Shown piece by piece: positions 25,625 through 38,839 of a DNA stretch of 64,000 nt (position 1 is the stretch's first letter; each line of letters opens with the position of its first letter). Source of the stretch: Macrostomum lignano (Eukaryota). Both the position numbers and the translations under genes were made by a program. The stretch covers positions 120,924-184,923 of the forward strand of contig NIVC01001652.1 in assembly GCA_002269645.1 (NCBI GenBank). The letters are read 5' to 3'. Below the pieces are notes generated by a model. The model did no database searches. It saw only the letters and a program-made list of their open reading frames with translations, and was not told the origin of the DNA.

Positions 25625-25659
25625 CTTGAGTTGGGATGCGAGAAAATAGTTTTTGAGCT

Positions 25660-26385
25660 TAAGTGATGATTTTCATCTAGGGCGGTTCAGGGATGACTGT
25701 TCATTTAGGGTGGTTCAGAGGCGATTGCCATCTAGGGTGGTTCAGAGGCGATTGTCATCTAGGGTGGTTCAGGGCGATTGCCATCTAGGGCGGTTCAGGG
25801 ATGACTGTTCATTTAGGGTGGTTCAGGGGCGATTGTCATCTAGGGCGCGTTCAGGGATGACTGTTCATTTAGGGCGGTTCAGGGCGATTCTCATCTAGGG
25901 TGGTTCAGGGGCGATTGTCATCTAGGGTGGTTCAGGGGCGATTGCCATTTAGGGCGGTTCAGGGGCGATTGCAATCTAGGGTGGTTCAGGGGCGATTGCC
26001 ATCTAGGGTGGTTCAGGGGCGATTGCCATTTAGGGCGGTTCAGGGGCGATTGCAATCTAGGGTGGTTCAGGGGCGATTGCAATCTAGGGTGTTCAGGGGC
26101 GATTGCCATCTAGGGTGGTTCAGGGGCGATTGCAATCTAGGGTGGTTCAGGGGCGATTGCAATCTAGGGTGGTTCAGGGGCGATTGCCATCTAGGGTGGT
26201 TCAGGGGCGATTGCCATCTAGGGTGGTTCAGGGGCGATTGCAATCTAGGGTGGTTCAGGGACGATTGTCATCTAGGGTGGTTCAGGGGCGATTGTCATCT
26301 AGGCGGTTCAGGGGCGATTGTCATCTAGGGCGGTTCAGGGCGATTGTCATCTAGGGCGGTTCAGGGGCGATTGTCATCTAGGCGC
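25660..26385. repeat. ~27-bp minisatellite GGGCGATTGTCATCTAGGGTGGTTCAG
   Basis: Periodicity; fills the intron. Confidence 0.95.
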
Positions 26386-26406
26386 GTGCACAAAGCTTTC
26401 ACGCAC

Positions 26407-26670
26407 CTAAGCTTGTAGGGCGGCACGCTAAACGTCTTGTCAGCCTGGTTGTACCCCAGCAGCGTGTTGAGGTGCCGCAGCACCAAGCTCTGAGTCTTCG
26501 TGTTCTGCCTGTCGTCGCTCTGAGTGGCGAGGTCCAGGTTGGCCATGAAGTGCAGCAGCAGCGCCACCAGCTGGTGCAGGGTTTCCCGGTCGCCGCCCTC
26601 GAGTCCAGGGCCCGCTGCAGCTGCGCCGCGAAGTTGCTCTCTTCATCAGTGAACTCGCGGAATTGGCCGC
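26407..26670 (-). CDS. unc79: unc-79 exon GQFREFTDEESNF..LD/EGGDRETLHQLVALLLHFM..PPYKLR; apparent 1-nt deletion at ~26602
   Basis: ACGCAG acceptor, AG|GTGCGT donor; 264 nt is one short of the length the flanking phases require. Confidence 0.9.
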
Positions 26671-28599
26671 CTGCGTTCCAATTCGGAAAATTGTACACAA
26701 TTCAAATCTGCACCAGTGGAATTCCCCCCCCGCGTTAGGGGCATTTTCCGAGACCGAGAATCCCGAGCTACGTAATTCCCCGGATCAGAGGTATAATTAG
26801 AATTCTTGCGAAACGTTCTCAGAAAACCAGTGTAGAAAAACTGCAGTTAGCCAAGTAGTGGACAGGATTAATGCATAGTGCAGAGACAGAACATATTACA
26901 GCTGAATAGGAAAATTATAATTTCAAGAGGCAGTGATAAATACTAGCCAATGAGCTGATGCTTTTGCTTGAGAAATTTTCTGGCTAAATCATTGTACCTG
27001 CAGCAGCCAATATTGATTAGAAATAAAATGATAGCATTCGATTCGTGATATGCTAGAGGGACACTAGTTGTGATACAGGAGAATTAAAGAGTAAGAAATA
27101 GAAGGCAAAAGTACATGTTCGAAAGTTTCCCTCCACCTAATACAATAAATTAATACAGACAGGTGCTATAGCAAAATAATGTTTATTAATAAAAAAGAAA
27201 CTCAATGCGCGCGCAGTTGCGACTTCTGACTCGGTTTTCATACCTCACTAGAATAATAATTATAGCTTGCTTTCGAGTTAAAGTACGCAAAGCCTAACCA
27301 CCCTAACCAGCAGTTTTCAAACCGACCACAGGAATTCAGCAACAGCTCACTAAAAAACTAAAGAAACATGTAAACCACAGAATACACCAGAATGCTCAAT
27401 CAAGCTCCCTGCGAAAAAAGTTGAGGCAAAAACTATTTGCTAGCTACGCTACTTCTAAGGTGAAGTGATTCGTGAGTAGTGCTGGCTTTCTTCATCAACC
27501 TAGTGTATTAAGATCGATTTTGCCATAGACGATGTTTTTCGCTTGTCTTTCTGTCCATCTATCCTATCTATTGGATGCCTAGTGTACAATAACTCAGCTT
27601 AGTTGCCGACTATCAACTGTTGCCATCTCCGACTGTCCGAGGTGAACCTTTAGACATGTCTCCGAGAAAGGACGCTCCGCCGATTACTGTGCCCTTACCC
27701 AAGCCTACCGGTCGAAGAGTTGCGACCATGCTGCAGCTAAGGCAGAAACTCAAGGCTCAATTTTCATATACGGCTATATCACGTACCCAATTGCCTAAAC
27801 TGCTGCTCATACTGCTGTTTTTAAACTTTCTAGTTTGCTTTTAATGTTCACAATTAATATCTACATTTTCATGTCGCTACAGCTGCAAATATACAATCGG
27901 GACCTTCTGTCCATAAAATATTCCCCTCGAATGGACGTACAAAAAGGTGACTACTTCTCAAATTTCAGTACTACTTATCGCTTCTTCACCTCAGGAGTAG
28001 TGTCTATGGTTTTATATTTTGGCTTTCGATTTGGAAGCTGATTGAGCATTCTGGTGTATTCTGTGATGTAAACTAAAAATTAATGACACAAGTTTAAAAA
28101 ATAGCAACTCATTTTTAGAGCAAACTTTTGCCAGTTTGCCTTACTGACAGTAGCAACATCAGCATCTGCGGCGCTAAATAGCAATAATTGGCTAAATCAA
28201 TTTCTATCCAATGCTAACCGCCTCTCTCAGCCGCGCGCGGCAAATCGAAATGCACTGAGCATTTTCTCTCTAAAGTGGAGAACAGGTGTAAAAAAACAAA
28301 GAAGAGAAGCGCGGCCCGCCGCCTGCATTTACCCTGCTGCTTGGTGGCGCCTTGCGGCCTGCCAGGCTCTGTTCGACCGGGGAAAATGAGATATTAAATC
28401 ATTAATTACTGGCAATTAACAACAGGCATTTGTTAGTTACACCAAAACTCTGACAGCGAATTTTAACGCCGAACTATCGCGAAAAAAACATTGGGAATAT
28501 AAAGCGTAATGTTGATTGCATCATATGGCTGCGCAAATCTGATGGCAGTTATGGACAAATATCAACACAATGCGTGAATGCGGTGATTGACTGCTCGAT

Positions 28600-29480
28600 A
28601 CACTTAAAGAATACAGACAGAGGACCAATGACCAAGAAGCAGTGATCAATGACTAATTACTGAAAACTTATGACAAAGAATTTACTTTAAAAAATAAAGA
28701 TTGAATGAACAATGACCAATGACCAAGAAGCAATTACATATGACTAAAAAACAAGATTCGATAACCAATAAATAAGAATCAATGAGCAATGAAGGAGAAT
28801 CAATGACCGATGAACGAGAATCAATGAGCAATGAACGAGAATCAATGAGCAATGAACGAGAATCAATGACCAATGAACGAGAATCAATGAGCAATGAACG
28901 AGAATCAATGACCAATGAACGAGAATCAATGAGCAATGAACGAGAGTCAATGACCAATGAACGAGAATTAATGACCAATGAACGAGAATCAATGACCGAT
29001 GAACGAGAATCAATGAGCAATGAACGAGAATCAATGAGCAGTGAACGAGAATCAATGACCATGAACGAGAGTCAATGACCAATGAACGAGAATTAATGAC
29101 CAATGAACGAGAATCAATGACCGATGAACGAGAATCAATGAGCAGTGAACGAGAATCAATGAGCAGTGAACGAGAATCAATGAGCAATGAACGAGAATCA
29201 ATGAGCAGTGAACGATAATCAATGAGCAGTGAACGAGAATCAATGAGCAATGAACGAGAATCAATGAGCAGTGAACGATAATCAATGACCGATGAACGAG
29301 AATCAATGAGCAATGAACGAGAATCAATGAGCAGTGAACGAGAATCAATGAGCAGTGAACGAGAATCAATGAGCAATGAACGAGAATCAATGAGCAGTGA
29401 ACGATAATCAATGACCGATGAACGAGAATCAATGACCGGTGAACGAGAATCAATAAGCAATGAACGAGAATCAATGACCA
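28600..29480. repeat. 21-bp minisatellite AATGAACGAGAATCAATGAGC
   Basis: Periodicity; 7-aa periodic ORFs. Confidence 0.95.
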
Positions 29481-29602
29481 ATAACAACCAGAGACCAGCA
29501 AACAATGGCCAGCTCCACAGATCGGCCACAATAACTGAGCACACGCGCACAGCGCAGGGCGGCCCAAAACCTGACATGGTGAGCTGAGCAGGGCGGACTC
29601 AC

Positions 29603-29712
29603 CGGACAGCACGAAGCTGCTAATTGCGCCCAGGGCGTTCTTTGATTTTCGCCGGCCAACGGAGAACAAAGGCGCCGACGCCTGCTGGAGTACTGCTTGT
29701 CCTTTGGCACGT
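29603..29712 (-). CDS. unc79: Probable unc-79 exon DVPKDKQYS/QQASAPLFSVGRRK..SSFVLS; apparent 1-nt deletion at ~29688
   Basis: CTGCAG acceptor, G|GTGAGT donor, GC-rich; 110 nt between two phase-1 junctions where 111 is needed. Confidence 0.65.
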
Positions 29713-32700
29713 CTGCAGGCGGCGCGAGGCGCGAAATTCAATCGGTTAGTCACAGTTCGAATCAGTTTAACAAATAAATTGTTTTGTTTTAATTTCAACA
29801 GCTAAACTACCTCACGCTAGCGCTATACACTGTGCAATGTCATTAATACCTTAATTAAACATTTGATAAGTCCTGTCGATAATATTTCATAATATCTTGA
29901 TTGCTGTGGCATGAGTGAATTTCAGTGCACTATGCATATAAAGTAGATAATATGTCCCATCAGATTGTCATGAGTAGTCAAGTTGGGACATACCGTGGAT
30001 AGGGCAGAATTTTTTCTCCAACTGATAAAATAAAAAAGCGTTTCTCCCTTGCCCTCCTTACGAAAAAATTCTGCATCAAGGAAGTGTCACACCGGAGATA
30101 ATAAAAGTACAACCCGATTCTAATCCCGCTCCCCGCAGTCCTACTCAACATGGGGGATTTGGGAAGGGTTGAGATAGCGCGGCTTGGGAGAGGAGGCGGA
30201 ATGGGATGGAAGGGGAAGGGAAAAGGCGAGGCAGCTGAGCTGAGCTGCTCGAGCGAGCCTCACAGCGCAGTTCTGCGAGCGCGACCTGGGAAGACCGGGA
30301 GACCGGAGGAGAGGGCAGGGAGGCGGGGCGGGAAGAGAGACGAACCGCTCCGCGATCCCCGCTTAGGTTTCCAATCAAATTTACGGGCGAGTTCGCACTA
30401 AAATACACTCATAAAGTTCCTGCAAACGACGTGGAAAAATAACGGGCTGTAGCACACGCAGTCTGATGCCAGCACGGGGTTGATAACTTCAAACGGGAGG
30501 GGGGCGCCTCTCTGAAAGAGGGCGGTTTCGCATTCGGTTTCATGATGACTCACGAGAGTTCGTGTATAATGCTGATAAAAACTGAAATTCAAGGCCTCTC
30601 CAAGTGTTAATAGAGGTTTTCTCACTCTGGTATTCAGGGTTTGAGGGTCACTCAGTATTAAAAACAATAACAAATACTCGTACGAATGCTTAAAATAATC
30701 GGGGATTTCTTGTAAATGAGAATTCGTTCCGGCCAACCGGTGGATTAGCTGAGCCACTGCATATCAGAAACCAAATCAAGGACAAAAGTCAAACCAAAAA
30801 CAAACAAACAAACAAATCGATGGACGGGGGATGCAGATGCAAATGATGGGGGGCATTTCCAGAAACCTCCGACTTCGCTGGGCAAAATCGCAGCTTGACG
30901 ATGCGGTTGCTCCGGGTGTGCTGTTGCAGGCTGGCAAGCAGCAGCCGGTTGTAGGCATGAGCGGCATTTGCCTGCTCAGCCTGCTGCGAGCGGCAGCTCG
31001 GATGAGTTCATGATGAGCTCAGATGGATTTGGCAGCACGCCGAGCGACCAGGACACTAATGTTATATGGAATGCCCGAGTCTTCATTCATTTGGATCAAT
31101 TAGTTTCGCATGGCTTGGGAAAAGCCAGCTTGTGTAGATTAATAATCAAATTCAAATTTAACCCCTGCCAGAATATTGTCTCTGTTTACAGACGCAAGTA
31201 TAAACACATGTCAAAAGAAGCTAGTTATCGTTAGAACCAATGGAATTAATAAAGTAATTAGGAAAACTTGTTTGCCATTTTTCAGTTAAATTTCTTTTCA
31301 TTTACAAGCAGATTATTAGTATAATAATAATAATAGGCATAGTAAGTTGAAATAACGCTGACCACATGCCATAATAGTTAGCTAAGTATGAATCTAAATA
31401 TACTAAATATTGTGCTAAATAGGCTGTACAGGGAAAGTTAGCAAGACTGCTCCGAACATTTTGCTATTACTAATAATAGCAAAGAAACAATGGTCTATTT
31501 CTATGTCTGCAGTTTAAAGCACAGTTCGGGGAATAACTGACAAATAATATTCAAATGCATTGCGCTATGAATTTTGATAGTCTTTCACTCTGCTGCTACA
31601 ATTGAAATCAGATCGAAGGCCTAATTTTGACACTGCATGTAAATTCCAAATGGCTGGGAGCTATGCTAACATAATTAAGTTGAGATACAGGTGGATAGAA
31701 CAAGATGGAGAAAGACAGATAGAGATGGACAGCCGGTCAAGCGGAATAATTAATAAGCAGCAACAAAAGTACACCGACAATAAGAGGAAGCGACACGGAA
31801 GCTGAGATTAAATATTCTGTCAAGTAAAAAAGTTAATTAAAAAGCGTCTGGTAAAGAAAAGCTGAATATTGAATATAATCATAGTAATAAATTATGGAGA
31901 AAAAGGACCAGCTGGCGTACCTGCTAGAGAGTCCGACGAGACGTTTGGAATAAAAACAAAAGTGAGAGAAGCGGGTGTCTTTTTAAAGCGGAACCAAAAA
32001 TACGAGCAATGTTCTGTGAAGCCAGCTAGAACATTTAAGAAAAATTTCCTACAAATACGAGCATATAGTAATTCGATAAATAAATCAATTCACATTCACT
32101 TGAACTGATAAGAGAGTACGAGTAGCTATCATCATGCAAAAATGAGCTACATACAAAAAGCTGTAAAATAAAAAAATTACAGGCTCGGCTTTATTTAATT
32201 TACCGATGTAAAATCGAAGATTTATGAAATCGTTGCCTCAATTAGCCTCCAGGGCTCTGCTTAATGATTTGGAACGACCAACCCGCTGTGCCTTTCCCAG
32301 CTGGTCAAACCAACATTTCCAGCAATATTGCAGATGCAACATGGCATTTTTTGCGCGCAATGCAGTCAAAGTTGACGCAATCAGTTTTAAAGTGCGGGTC
32401 ACGTTCGTCTAAATTAAACTAGTAGCTAAGTCTATGGATTCAAAGGTATTCCTAATTAATGAAATTTTCTTGTATAGACAACTACTCGTAAAAAAGAAAA
32501 TTGGAGAGCTCTCAAACAAAAACAGAGATTAGCCCGAAAAAAAGCTGCTAAGTTCAAGGACGGAGGGTAGGTAGGAGTGAAACAGGCGCGCGAGGGGAGT
32601 AGAGGAGGGAGGTGCGGTGCACACGCGCGCTTTTAATGCTTATCGGGCAAGATAGCTACTGTAAAACTCTCCCGAGGCGCCGCCAACTAACTGGATGGAT

Positions 32701-33084
32701 GTGGGCTGGTCAGGTCGATGGTAAAAAAGTGGCCTCTCTGGATAAAACGGTTACTCGGTAGCATACTCTTCGTCTTATTAATTATTTTGCCAAATTTTCA
32801 AAGCAATATTTCAGGTGTATAAGATTGTAAACCAGACTTTGACTAGTATGCCTTGTCTGCCTCTTGTGGGAAGACCGCCTTGACATTGTCTACGAGAGTC
32901 CGAGAGTTATCTAAGGATTCCTCAAGATGTTTTGGACAACCCACCTCCGCCTTGCCTTTCTGGCCCATCGAGAGTGAAAATTATTTAATAATGTACATTT
33001 ATTCATACATGCGCGGCAATTTCTCTCCAATTCTAGCCTTCTCAGTACACTTGCCTTGCCCTTCCGCTCTGTCTGCCCTATTTC

Positions 33085-33690
33085 TGCACATTTTTAAAGT
33101 TTCCTTATCAGCAGTCTGGGCCACTTCTCTCTCAATTCTATCCATATGTACACTAACCTCACGCCTTGCCCTTCTGCCCTAGTGTACATTTTAAGGTTTC
33201 CTTATCAGCAGTCTGGGCCACTTCTCTCTCAATCCTATCCATATGTACACTAACCTCACGCCTTGCCCTTCTGCCCTAGTGTACATTTTAAGGTTTCCTT
33301 ATCAGCAGTCTGGGCCACTTCTCTCTCAATCCTATCCATATGTACACTAACCTCACGCCTTGCCCTTCTGCCCTAGTGTACATTTTAAGGTTTCCTTATC
33401 AGCAGTCTGGGCCACTTCTCTCTCAATCCTATCCATATGTACACTAACCTCACGCCTTGCCCTTCTGCCCTAGTGTACATTTTAAGGTTTCCTTATCAGC
33501 AGTCTGGGCCACTTCTCTCTTAATCCTATCCATATGTACACTAACCTCACGCCTTGCCCTTCTGCCCTAGTGTACATTTTAAGGTTTCCTTATCAGCAGT
33601 CTGGGTCACTTCTCTCTCCGATCCTACCCCTACATGTATATACACCAACCTCACGCCTTAGCCTTTCTGCTCTTTTTCTGCCTTAGTGTA
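33085..33690. repeat. 97-bp tandem repeat, about 6 copies
   Basis: AGTGTACATTTTAAGG starts at 33181, 33278 and onward. Confidence 0.95.
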
Positions 33691-36600
33691 CATTTCGAAA
33701 GGTTCGAAAGGTCTGCAGACTTTCTATCAAATCTATAAATCGTTTGTATGTTTTATGCACACTCCTGATCGGACTATAGCCTAAATATATAGCGAAGTAC
33801 ACAATAGTACGCTGTCAAGCAAGGGAAACTTAAAATAATAATTCGATTCTAAAACATCACGCAAATACAAGAGCAGTATAAATTCTGAGCACTTCAAACA
33901 TATTGTGTGGGAAAATCGAGTTGGGATCAAATCTATAATCATATCGTATGGACTCCAGCTCCAGAGAGCCGTACATATTTAGCCTTAGTCCAGGCGACTC
34001 GAAACAATGAAACAGTGTGCTTTCGCTTTTTGAAATTATTCATAGTTTGAGATCGTTATCAAAAATTTCTAAACTCAAAAAATATCTCGACGACAATCAT
34101 GCGACAATGACGGTACTCGTTGAATGCTAATTTTTATATCCATATCAAAATTCTACCAGCTTCAATTTACCAGTAATCAAAAATGAAACCCTGCTGTTTT
34201 TGCATATAGAACATAAAATGACAAACAGAGAAATAAATAAGCCGAGCCATTATTCGAATTCGTGAGCACTATTTTAGACGAAGGATGAAACCGAGTGGAA
34301 CCAAAAAGTTGATAAAAATATTGATAATAAATCTGCACACGGAGTATAGGCGAGGCTGTCAATAATAAAGAACCGATCAGCCGCTTTCTCTTTCCCGCAG
34401 TGGCGGTTTTGGAAATTCGGGTTCGGGATTGGTGTTTGTGCGGGATGGCGGCGGACGGCGGTCTGAGCGGCCATGCGAGCCAAAAAAAATAGAAAGAAGA
34501 GAATACGAAGCCATGCAATGCGGCGGAGGACTTACACACGTGGGGCCACAGCGGCAGCAGCAGCTGCTTTGTCTGAATTGAGTCTGCATTCATGAGCAGG
34601 GGAAGCAGAGTGTAACAAAGAGGCATATAGAGCAGGCTTGTCTCCAATTATAATCCTTTATATATATCGAACGCGAGTCGTGCAACTGATTAAGCAAAAA
34701 TAGCGATTTTAAATTAATGAAAACTAGCACGCAGTTGAATTAATAAGAAAGTGCCACAAGTGGCCGAATACCAATGGCTGAGCATGATCTCAAATGCAAG
34801 CCACGCGCTGAACAAACTTAGGCCGTCGGTTGCGGCTCCAATTTTGGAATTTCTATTCATTTCATTGTGAGATTTTCAGTCATATGCTGCTACTTGCAGG
34901 TGAGATCAATCAATTAATTGCCTGTAGACACTGAAGTTTACGATTACTTTTAAAAACAGAACTGCATAAATTTGACAGTACAACTGTCAAAAGCGCCCCA
35001 GGAACTTTTTCTACTGCTGCACTTCTTCGTGACTTGAAGCTTGCAGCAGATGTGTCGAGTACGATTCACAAAGAGACTCACGGGACATGTAAACTATGAT
35101 ATAAAAATTACCTGTGGACTGTGCCATATGACGTAGTGTAACTGTTTATTGTATGCTTCACTATCGCATGTAATATTAGATAAACAACAATGCCGTGTAC
35201 TGTTAGTATGTACAAGCCAACCCTCCGCAGCTGACAATCGTTTCAGAACAAAGAGAGCTGCCAGCTGCTGTTTGAGAAACAACGGGCAAATCGGCACACA
35301 GTGCGGCAAATACAACAGAAATTTTGCCAGCAATTGAGAGAGAGCGAGGTAGAGAAAGCTTACAGTTTAAACCCCCGGGACAGAGGCACAAAGACCTACG
35401 ATCAGACTGTGGAACCGAGACAATCACGCTTGCGTAAGACTCTGTAGCTAAAAAAGCACACGCGTGCAAAACTGTCAAGATCGAACTCGTGTGTGCAAAT
35501 GGCGGAGTGGAGTGCACGGTAGCGAATAGCAGGTGTGTGTGTGTGTGCGGCAGCGGGTCCCGTGAGGCAACACAGGTGCACGCCTTATTACTTAGACATA
35601 GGAGCTTGGCCAGCCAACCACGTTGTGCGGCTAACGCTTGAATTCTCTACGGACAAATTTATATCCCATTGAGGACTTTTAGCATTTAATTACTAATGGG
35701 TCTAAGGTGGCTGGCCGTGAAACAGCGCCTCATCACGGCTGGTGGTTGCTGAGTAACGCAGCCAACCGCTGCTGCGGCTGCTGCGGCTGCAGCCTCATCG
35801 ACTAGCGTCATCAGCAGGTGCTCCTGCCGGTCCTGCTGCTGATGCTGCTGCTGCGGTTCCTGATCGAAATTTTCCTCTGCGATAATAGTGTAGCAATTTT
35901 TATTGTATTCAATCGCATCAGACTTCTATCCGTGAACGGTCAGAGACGTAGACCAACACTCTAGACCGTGGAAATGGGGGAGCGGAGCTTATGCTTCTAT
36001 TACGCGAAAGGCCTTGTTGTGTGCTGTCTGAAGATAAGGAATTCCGGGCCGCTGTACACCCTGCGTGGACGTGTGTCTGTTGGAGAATTTAGCAAAGTGG
36101 GCCTGCCGCTCCAGTCCTTGGGACTCCCTGCTTAAACTGGCAATGAATTTATTGAAGAATGGCTACTGTAGTGAGTTTCGCTGCAACTGTGAAGAAACTG
36201 AAAACGAAAAACTCAATCCTCTTTGTGAAAACGGATAACAGTTACAAATAAAATTAAAAACAAGACTTGTTGTACAACATGTTGAAAACAAGCGGGTTCG
36301 CTGCTTCAGCCAAGTGTGCTCTCCCAGTCAGCCCACTCACTATTGAAGCGGATTTTTCGAGAACTTAGAGTAACAAAAACAGTCACGAAATCCTTGGTTC
36401 AACTAGGTCCAGCAGTCTAACTAGACGATTTTTAAAAAACCAAAGCTTCGAAGCCCGCGTGCAATTCCCAAGGACAGGACAGGACAAAGACTTGTGCAGA
36501 ACAGACGGACTGATTCGCAGGCACGTATAGTAGTAGGATGAACAGATGCAACATTAGAAAGTATGTCTCATAATAGTAATAATAATAAACAAATAATTAA

Positions 36601-36704
36601 AAATAAACAGAAGCAGTCCATTCACCGGCAACAGAAACGCAAATATGCTAGATAAGTCGTCAGGTTATCAGAGCCCCCACCCCCGCAACCAGTGCTCTCC
36701 TCAC

Positions 36705-36902
36705 CTTTGTGCCCTGCGGCGGTTGCTTTGCCTGGCCGGCTGAGCAGGTGCATCGGCACTGAGCAGGCGCGTCTGTAGGGCGGCTTCACGAATGCCGAGG
36801 AGCTCACAGAACGGACGCTGTCAGTGCGTGCCACGGCGAATCTGGCCCGGTTGTACTTGCGCATGAACGCCTCCGAGTCCCGGTTGCTGTTGCCTGATAT
36901 GT
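36705..36902 (-). CDS. unc79: unc-79 exon (D)ISGNSNRDSEAFMRKYNRARFAVARTDSVRS..GHK
   Basis: CCGCAG acceptor, AAAG|GTGAGG donor, 198 nt, phase 1/1; matches KIKRARFARNRQKSVRS. Confidence 0.92.
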
Positions 36903-36944
36903 CTGCGGGGCGGGGGAGGCTCTCTGTCCGCACAGCTCAACTCT

Positions 36945-37175
36945 CCTCACTCTATACTCCCTTCACCTCTACCCTCCCTTCACCTCTACCCTCCCTTCAC
37001 CTCTACCCTCCCTTCACCTCTACACTCCCTTCACCTCTACCCTCCCTTCACCTCTACACTCCCTTCACCTCTACCCTCCCTTCACCTCTACACTCCCTTC
37101 ACCTCTACACTCCCTTCACCTCTACCCTCCCTTCACCTCTACCCTCCCTTCACCTCTACCCTCCCTTCACCTACC
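36945..37175. repeat. 17-bp repeat CCCTTCACCTCTACCCT
   Basis: Periodicity. Confidence 0.93.
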
Positions 37176-37202
37176 CTGATACCCTCCACCTCCAGCCCTC
37201 AC

Positions 37203-37578
37203 CAGTAGCGCAGGTGATATCGCCCCGGCTCTCCAAGTCGAGCTGGGCCTCCAGCGACAGGGCGTCAAATCGCGCCATGAAAAAATCCCAAGTCAAGACC
37301 GGAGCGTCCTTCAAAGCGCAGCTCAGTTGGTATATTCGCTGCAGTATCAGTGTGCGATCGTTAATAACGGAGTCGAACTGGGCCTCCAAACACTGGATCA
37401 TACACCTGAGCGAGCTCTGCTTCACGGTCTCCAGGTAAAGCTGCGCTCGCTGCGCCACGGCTGTATTAATGTCATCAAGAGAGCCGATCAGATTGCTGAA
37501 CGCGTGGGCCAGCGACGTCACGACTATGTAGGAGGCCTTCGGGCAATCCGATGACATCTCCCGGCAGATCACGGTCAC
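37203..37578 (-). CDS. unc79: unc-79 exon VTVICREM..LTWDFFMARFDALSLEAQLDLE..CAT
   Basis: TCCCAG acceptor, G|GTGAGG donor, 376 nt; strong homology. Confidence 0.96.
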
Positions 37579-37744
37579 CTGGGATGCGAGATTTGAGTGC
37601 AATAAGCGATTGAACAGGTTTGAACTATTATTTATGTTTATACGGATACGTGTAGGGTAGGTGATAGTAAAGACTTGGTATAAGAAATGTGAATATTGAA
37701 CATTTCTACATTTACACTTGAAGATCAAGGCAAAAGAAATCAAA

Positions 37745-38440
37745 GAGGCACAGATCAGAGAGGCACAGATCAGAGAGGCACAGATCAGAGAGGCACAGAT
37801 CAGAGAGGCACAGATCATAGAGGCACAGATCATAGAGGCACAGATCAGAGAGGCTCAGATCAGAGAGGTACAGATCATAGAGGCACAGGTCAGAGAGGCA
37901 CAGATCAGAGAGGCACAGATCAGAGAGGCACAGATCAGAGAGGCACAGATCAGAGAGGCACAGATCAGAGGCACAGATCAGAGAGGCACAGATCAGAGAG
38001 GCACAGGTCAGAGAGGCACAGATCAGAGGCACAGATCAGAGAGGCACAGATCAGAGAGGCACAGATGATCAGAGAGGCACAGATCAGAGAGGCACAGATC
38101 AGAGGCACAGATCAGAGAGGCACAGATCAGAGAGGCACAGGTCAGAGAGGCACAGGTCAGAGAGGCACAGATCAGAGGCACAGATCAGAGAGGCACAGAT
38201 CAGAGAGGCACAGATGATCAGAGAGGCACAGATCAGAGAGGCACAGATCAGAGAGGCACAGATGATCAGAGAGGCACAGATCAGAGAGGCACAGATCAGA
38301 GGCACAGATCAGAGAGGCACAGATCAGAGAGGCACAGGTCAGAGAGGCACAGATGATCAGAGAGGCACAGATCAGAGAGGCACAGATCAGAGAGGCACAG
38401 ATGATCAGAGAGGCACAGATCAGAGAGGCACAGGTCAGAG
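37745..38440. repeat. 15-bp repeat AGAGGCACAGATCAG with 13/18-bp variants
   Basis: Periodicity. Confidence 0.95.
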
Positions 38441-38581
38441 AATGAGGGAGAGATCAGATTGAGAAAAAAAGCAATCGTGATTTTGCATAAAAATTATCAC
38501 GAATTTTCCTGCCCTAAAAGCACCAAGCAACCAGTCAAACATCAACCCCATCCCAATATCCAGCGAGAGAGCATCAGGCAC

Positions 38582-38747
38582 CTTCTCAACCGCATCAAAG
38601 CGGGTGCGCCAGCTGTCGCTGGTGAACTCCCGCTCCAGGATGGACCAGAACACCTCGGCGCCAGAGTGCAGCGCCAGGCAGTGCAGCAGCAGCGACACCA
38701 GACCGCCAGCCAGCGCCGAGTTCTCCGCCTTCAGCAGCTTCCACAGC
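38582..38747 (-). CDS. unc79: unc-79 exon LWKLLKAENS..SGAEVFW..WRTRFDAVEK
   Basis: ACACAG acceptor, AAG|GTGCCT donor, 166 nt, phase 2/0; homology. Confidence 0.95.
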
Positions 38748-38839
38748 CTGTGTTGGCACCCGGGGGAGGGCAGGTTCAGTCGGGAACCAATTGCTCTTTG
38801 TCCATAATAATAATCAATAAAAATTACGGATATACTCAC

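Noticed and set aside
25040-29712. Programmed ribosomal frameshifting as the explanation for the frame breaks
   Set aside because: No slippery heptamers or evident stimulatory structures; several such sites in one conserved animal gene is implausible compared with sequencing error
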